Of a DNA stretch of 37,869 bases, positions 34,325 through 37,869 are shown in pieces. Every line of letters starts with the position of its first letter. The first letter of the stretch is position 1. The notes beneath the pieces are model-generated. The model ran no database searches. It saw nothing but the letters and a program-made list of their open reading frames with translations, and was not told the DNA's origin. Origin of the DNA: Nitrospirales bacterium (GTDB lineage: Bacteria; Nitrospirota; Nitrospiria; Nitrospirales; NS-4); assembly GCA_045403215.1 (NCBI GenBank), contig JAXIOW010000006.1, positions 1-37,869 of the forward strand, written 5' to 3'. Position numbers and translations under genes: made by a program.

Positions 34325-34481
34325 GCCCTCATTGTAACCTTTCTCCACCCATGGAGAACCGACTCGCGATGTTCTGTGCGCGACTCGGGTGACGCTGGTA
34401 GGGGGCCACCCGCCGCCTAGAGGCAAGTCTTCGCAGCCGAAGCCGGCGGGGGAAACCGGCGGCAGGACCCGAGGAGCGATT

Positions 34482-35063
34482 CTAGAGGAGGTGATCCAGA
34501 ATCTCGTCCCAGGTGTGCACGCGGCGGACGTTGGGATGCGCGAGCGGATGGGCGTTCCACGGACGCGTGAGCAGATACACGGTGGCGCCCGTCTCGGCGA
34601 TGCGGTGGGCGTGCTCGTGCCGGTCCTCGATGAAGGCATGGTAGGGGATGCCGAGTGCGTGCTTGTCGTCGTTGAAGTGGAGCTGATCGTAGGGCAGGCC
34701 CTTGGCGCGCAGCCAGTATTCGGTGCCGGCTTTGGACTCCGGGTTGCGGCTGGTGACGAGCGCGATCTCGTAGCGTCGCGCCAAGCGGACGAGCGCGGTT
34801 TTCGCGCCAGGCACGACCTTCAGCGTCCGGCACGCTTCGACATTGAAGATTCGAAACACTTGGATGAGCTGCTCCTCAGTCACCCCGTAGGCCATGTACT
34901 CGTACTGGGTCATCTGGTGCTCTTTCAGTCTGATCCCGAACATCTCCCGGATCATCGCCCGCAGCCGCGCGTCCGACTCTGCCAGTACATTGTCGATATC
35001 CACACCGAGGATCGGTTTACCACTGTCCACCTTCCGCTGTGATGGTCTGCGGCGCCCTCTCAT
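34482..35063 (-). CDS. HAD-superfamily 5'(3')-nucleotidase-like protein
   Basis: GVDIDNVL (DxD), VTSR, K...FIED and PWN motifs. Confidence 0.82.
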   Translation of the reverse strand: MRGRRRPSQRKVDSGKPILGVDIDNVLAESDARLRAMIREMFGIRLKEHQMTQYEYMAYGVTEEQLIQVFRIFNVEACRTLKVVPGAKTALVRLARRYEIALVTSRNPESKAGTEYWLRAKGLPYDQLHFNDDKHALGIPYHAFIEDRHEHAHRIAETGATVYLLTRPWNAHPLAHPNVRRVHTWDEILDHLL

Positions 35064-35851
35064 GATTTTTTCCCACTTGTCGTCTCGTTGAGCATGGCTT
35101 TGGCGAGACGCCGGACATCTTCATTAGCGTCCTTGAGCGCGGCGGTGAGCGCGGGCCTGGCGGCCTCGCCGCCGAACTTGCCCAGCCGGAACGCGGCTTC
35201 GACGCGCACGCCCGGATCGGGATCTTTGGTCAGCACCTTGCTAAGCGGGGCGACCGTCTGCTGATCGGCGATCTCACCCAGCGCAGCCACGGCCCACCGG
35301 CGGACACGGGCGTCCCGGTCAGCCAGCAGCTTGGTCAGGACCGGAACAGCCGCGCGCGCTTCCATGCCGCCTAACGAGGCGGCGGCGAGGCGTTTCGCAT
35401 CGGCCGGGGTCGCCGGCTCTTGCAGGCGTTCGAGCAGCAGCTCGATGCCGACTTGCGTGTCGCCCGTGAGCCCGAGCGCCATTGCTGCGGCTTCGCGCAC
35501 TCCGAGGTCGTGGTCGAACAGCAGCGACGCGAGGGGCGAGCGGTCCGGACCCACGGCGTCTTCGCCGATCATGCCCAGCGCCCATGCAGCGTGACGGCGC
35601 ACGCCGGCATCCGGGTCGCGCAGGGCTTCCACGAGGGCCGGGACCGCTTCCTTGCGCGCGATCTTTCCGAGGGACTGCGCGGCAGTGCGCCGCTGGTCCG
35701 GGTTCGGGTCTTTCAGCACCGCCAGCAGGCGCGGCAGCGCCCGTTCCGGCGCGGGGTCGGCATAGTCCGTGGACACAACGCAGCCGGCGAGGCTCAGACT
35801 GATAAGGAGGGGCGCCAGGAAGAGACAGGAGGCGCGAGCGGGGATCGGCAT
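35060..35851 (-). CDS. HEAT-repeat lipoprotein
   Basis: Lipobox SLAGC, and repeated D.D..VRR.AA.ALG.I units. Confidence 0.88.
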   Translation of the reverse strand: MPIPARASCLFLAPLLISLSLAGCVVSTDYADPAPERALPRLLAVLKDPNPDQRRTAAQSLGKIARKEAVPALVEALRDPDAGVRRHAAWALGMIGEDAVGPDRSPLASLLFDHDLGVREAAAMALGLTGDTQVGIELLLERLQEPATPADAKRLAAASLGGMEARAAVPVLTKLLADRDARVRRWAVAALGEIADQQTVAPLSKVLTKDPDPGVRVEAAFRLGKFGGEAARPALTAALKDANEDVRRLAKAMLNETTSGKKS

Positions 35852-36693
35852 TATTTCGGCGGTTCTTCGACCTTGGGAGTTTCCTTGACGGAGTCGATCG
35901 AGGACTGGATCTCTTTCTGTGCGGCTTCTACTTCCGCTTTGATCGTGTGCATGGACGGATCGATGGCGCGGCGCACGTCATTGGCGGCCTCGCGGAAGGT
36001 GCGCAGTGCGTCGCCAACGCCCGAGCCCAGCTTTTCCAGGTCTTGCGAGGTTGGAGCCTTGCTGGCGGGGGCTGCCGGCGGCGGCTGCATGCCGGCCGCC
36101 TCCAACGCCTGGCGATCCATCGTGGGCACGTTCGCCTCCGGCTGCTGTGCTGGCTGTGGCTTGTCCTTCAAGGCGGCCTGCCGGGCCATGACGCGTTCGA
36201 CGGCGGGCTTGTTCACGACGGCTTTGAAGCCGGCAGGCTGCGCCGGTGCCGTCGGAGCCGCGCCCGGTGTTCCGGGGCCGGGCGTTCCGGCCTGAGGCGG
36301 CGGCGCGACTGGAGGCGGCGCGACCGGTTTCCAGGCTTGCTGGGCGACCATGTACGCGGTCGTCCCGGGCGTCGCGGCCGGTCCCATCTGCGGCGGAACG
36401 GGCGGCGGTGCCTTCGGCGCCGCCTGCGCGGCAGTCGCGGCCGGTTGCGGGGCGGGCTGGCCGGCCGGCTGCGGCGGTACGGGCTGGGACCCGCCGGAGA
36501 CGACTTGCGCGTCCACCGCCTGCGCCTGCTCCGGCGCCTCGGGGATCGGTTCGGCCTCCCGCATCTCTTTCTTGAAACTCTTTAAGGCCTTCCCCACGCC
36601 CTCGCCGATCTTCGGCAGCTTGCCCGCCCCGAAGACGATCAGGACGATCACCAGGATCAGGATCAGCTCTGTCACGCCCATCGTGCCGAACAT
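35851..36693 (-). CDS. tatA: Unusually long TatA/E-family subunit (280 aa)
   Basis: MGVTELILILVIVLIVFGAGKLPKIGEGVGKALKSFKK, then a Pro/Ala/Gln-rich linker and a second APH-like segment. Confidence 0.85.
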   Translation of the reverse strand: MFGTMGVTELILILVIVLIVFGAGKLPKIGEGVGKALKSFKKEMREAEPIPEAPEQAQAVDAQVVSGGSQPVPPQPAGQPAPQPAATAAQAAPKAPPPVPPQMGPAATPGTTAYMVAQQAWKPVAPPPVAPPPQAGTPGPGTPGAAPTAPAQPAGFKAVVNKPAVERVMARQAALKDKPQPAQQPEANVPTMDRQALEAAGMQPPPAAPASKAPTSQDLEKLGSGVGDALRTFREAANDVRRAIDPSMHTIKAEVEAAQKEIQSSIDSVKETPKVEEPPK

Positions 36694-36702
36694 ACGATTA
36701 CT

Positions 36703-37869
36703 CTAACCGCCGGCTCTAATGGGTGTCAAGGAAAGGATGGGCACGATGGCGGTCTGGATGGGGACGCCGGTGACGAGCGCGTCGGTCTCGGTGAGATAGA
36801 CGTCCACCTCGCTCCGGATGCCGAATTCGTCAGGGAGATAGATGCCGGGCTCGATCGAAAAGCACGTGTGCGGGAGCAAACGGCGCCCGTCACGGGTCTC
36901 GAGATTGTCGATGTTGGCGCCGTTGCCGTGCACTTCTTCGCCGATCGAGTGCCCGGTGCGGTGGAGGAACCGGTCTCCGTACCCCGCCTGCCGGATCACG
37001 CGGCGGCTCACGTCGTCCACGTCCCCGCCGTGCGGGAAGCGGCCCGCGCGCACTTCCTGCTGGACGTACGCGATGGCGGCGTCGCGGGCGTTCGCGACGA
37101 TCGCGAAGATCTCGGCGTGGCGGGCTGGCACGGTCTCGCCCACGTAACCGGTCCAGGTGATGTCCCCATACATGCTGCCCGGCGCCGTGTTCTTCGCCCA
37201 CAGGTCGATCAGGACCAGGTCCCCGCGCCGGATCGGCAACGAGCCGTGCTCCGAAGGAGAGTAGTGCGGGTCGGCGGCGTGGGCGTTGACGGCGGCGATG
37301 GGCGGCGCGTAGGTGTGCATGCCGCGCGCGGTGATGCGGGCCAGGATGTCCTGCTGCAGGTCGCGCTCGGTGAAGGTCGCGCCGCGGACGATCTCCTCGC
37401 GGACGCGCGCGAACGCTTCGTCCACGATCTGTCGCAGCTTGGCGGCCGCCTCGCAGTGCGATGCGTACTGGTCCTTCGTCCAGACCGCTTCGAAGCGCTG
37501 CACGAGGTCGGCCGAGGTCACGACTTCTACGCCGAGTGACCGGACGAGTTCGATGGTGCCGGCGTCCACGCGCGAGATGTACGGGATGGCGTTCAGCGGC
37601 GAGTACTGCATGGCAATTCGAACGGGGGCCCGTGCGCCCCTTGGAATGGGCTCCGAGGTCCACGACCCCCACATTCGAGCCGGCTTACGAGATTGACGGC
37701 CAAGCGAGGCCAGCGCCTGCCGCAGGCACTCGTGCTGCTCCTGCCAGGACAGATAGAGTCGGCTTTCACCAGGTACGTCGTCGAGAGAATGCGGTTCGAT
37801 CCGGTGCAGGAGCTTCTTCGGGGATCCCTGCGCGGGAATCAGGTAGTACCAGCGCCTGGTCATGTGGCG
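36703..37869 (-). CDS. M24-family (Xaa-Pro aminopeptidase-like) metallopeptidase, N-terminus beyond the window
   Basis: DPHY, LIDLW, YGDITW, HRTGHSIG..VH, SIEPGIY and GIRSE motifs. Confidence 0.92.
   Translation of the reverse strand, partial: RHMTRRWYYLIPAQGSPKKLLHRIEPHSLDDVPGESRLYLSWQEQHECLRQALASLGRQSRKPARMWGSWTSEPIPRGARAPVRIAMQYSPLNAIPYISRVDAGTIELVRSLGVEVVTSADLVQRFEAVWTKDQYASHCEAAAKLRQIVDEAFARVREEIVRGATFTERDLQQDILARITARGMHTYAPPIAAVNAHAADPHYSPSEHGSLPIRRGDLVLIDLWAKNTAPGSMYGDITWTGYVGETVPARHAEIFAIVANARDAAIAYVQQEVRAGRFPHGGDVDDVSRRVIRQAGYGDRFLHRTGHSIGEEVHGNGANIDNLETRDGRRLLPHTCFSIEPGIYLPDEFGIRSEVDVYLTETDALVTGVPIQTAIVPILSLTPIRAGG

Noticed and set aside
34401-34470. GGGGGCCAC...TCGCAGCC similarity to an HDV/CPEB3-type ribozyme
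   Set aside because: There is no downstream strand complementary to the putative P1, so the nested double pseudoknot cannot be built.
34325-34639. 104-aa N-terminal extension of DinB in the ORF track
   Set aside because: It overlaps the HAD gene and promoter. The DinB motif starts at ATG 34324.

Overview
High-GC bacterial chromosomal window, mostly core genome. The gene set is reminiscent of Nitrospirota or related lineages, but this is an inference, not a lookup. From left to right: a truncated SagB/ThcOx-type nitroreductase missed by the ORF track; pyrE; leuS-lptE-holA with rpsT opposite; pyrF; tRNA-His; a secreted TPR protein; purE; an M28 peptidase; an MFS transporter; a GAF/HD-GYP phosphodiesterase; a Rieske/cytochrome b-c fusion module; a LOG-family protein; a divergent SAM decarboxylase; putA; tRNA-Arg and tRNA-Lys. 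A more AT-rich islet follows, containing a 187-bp IS3-like miniature element, a 22-aa-repeat protein, a terminator-containing structured leader and an AT-hook/XRE regulator. After it come a membrane class III cyclase-TPR-degenerate HD-GYP fusion, a DsbA-like protein, a GNAT, tRNA-Leu-tig-clpP-clpX, mtgA, dinB, and a minus-strand M24 peptidase-tatA-HEAT lipoprotein-HAD operon. No CRISPR array, integrase, transposase or rRNA was seen. The most unusual stretch is 22792-26833. No database searches were run, so all family calls come from motif recognition.
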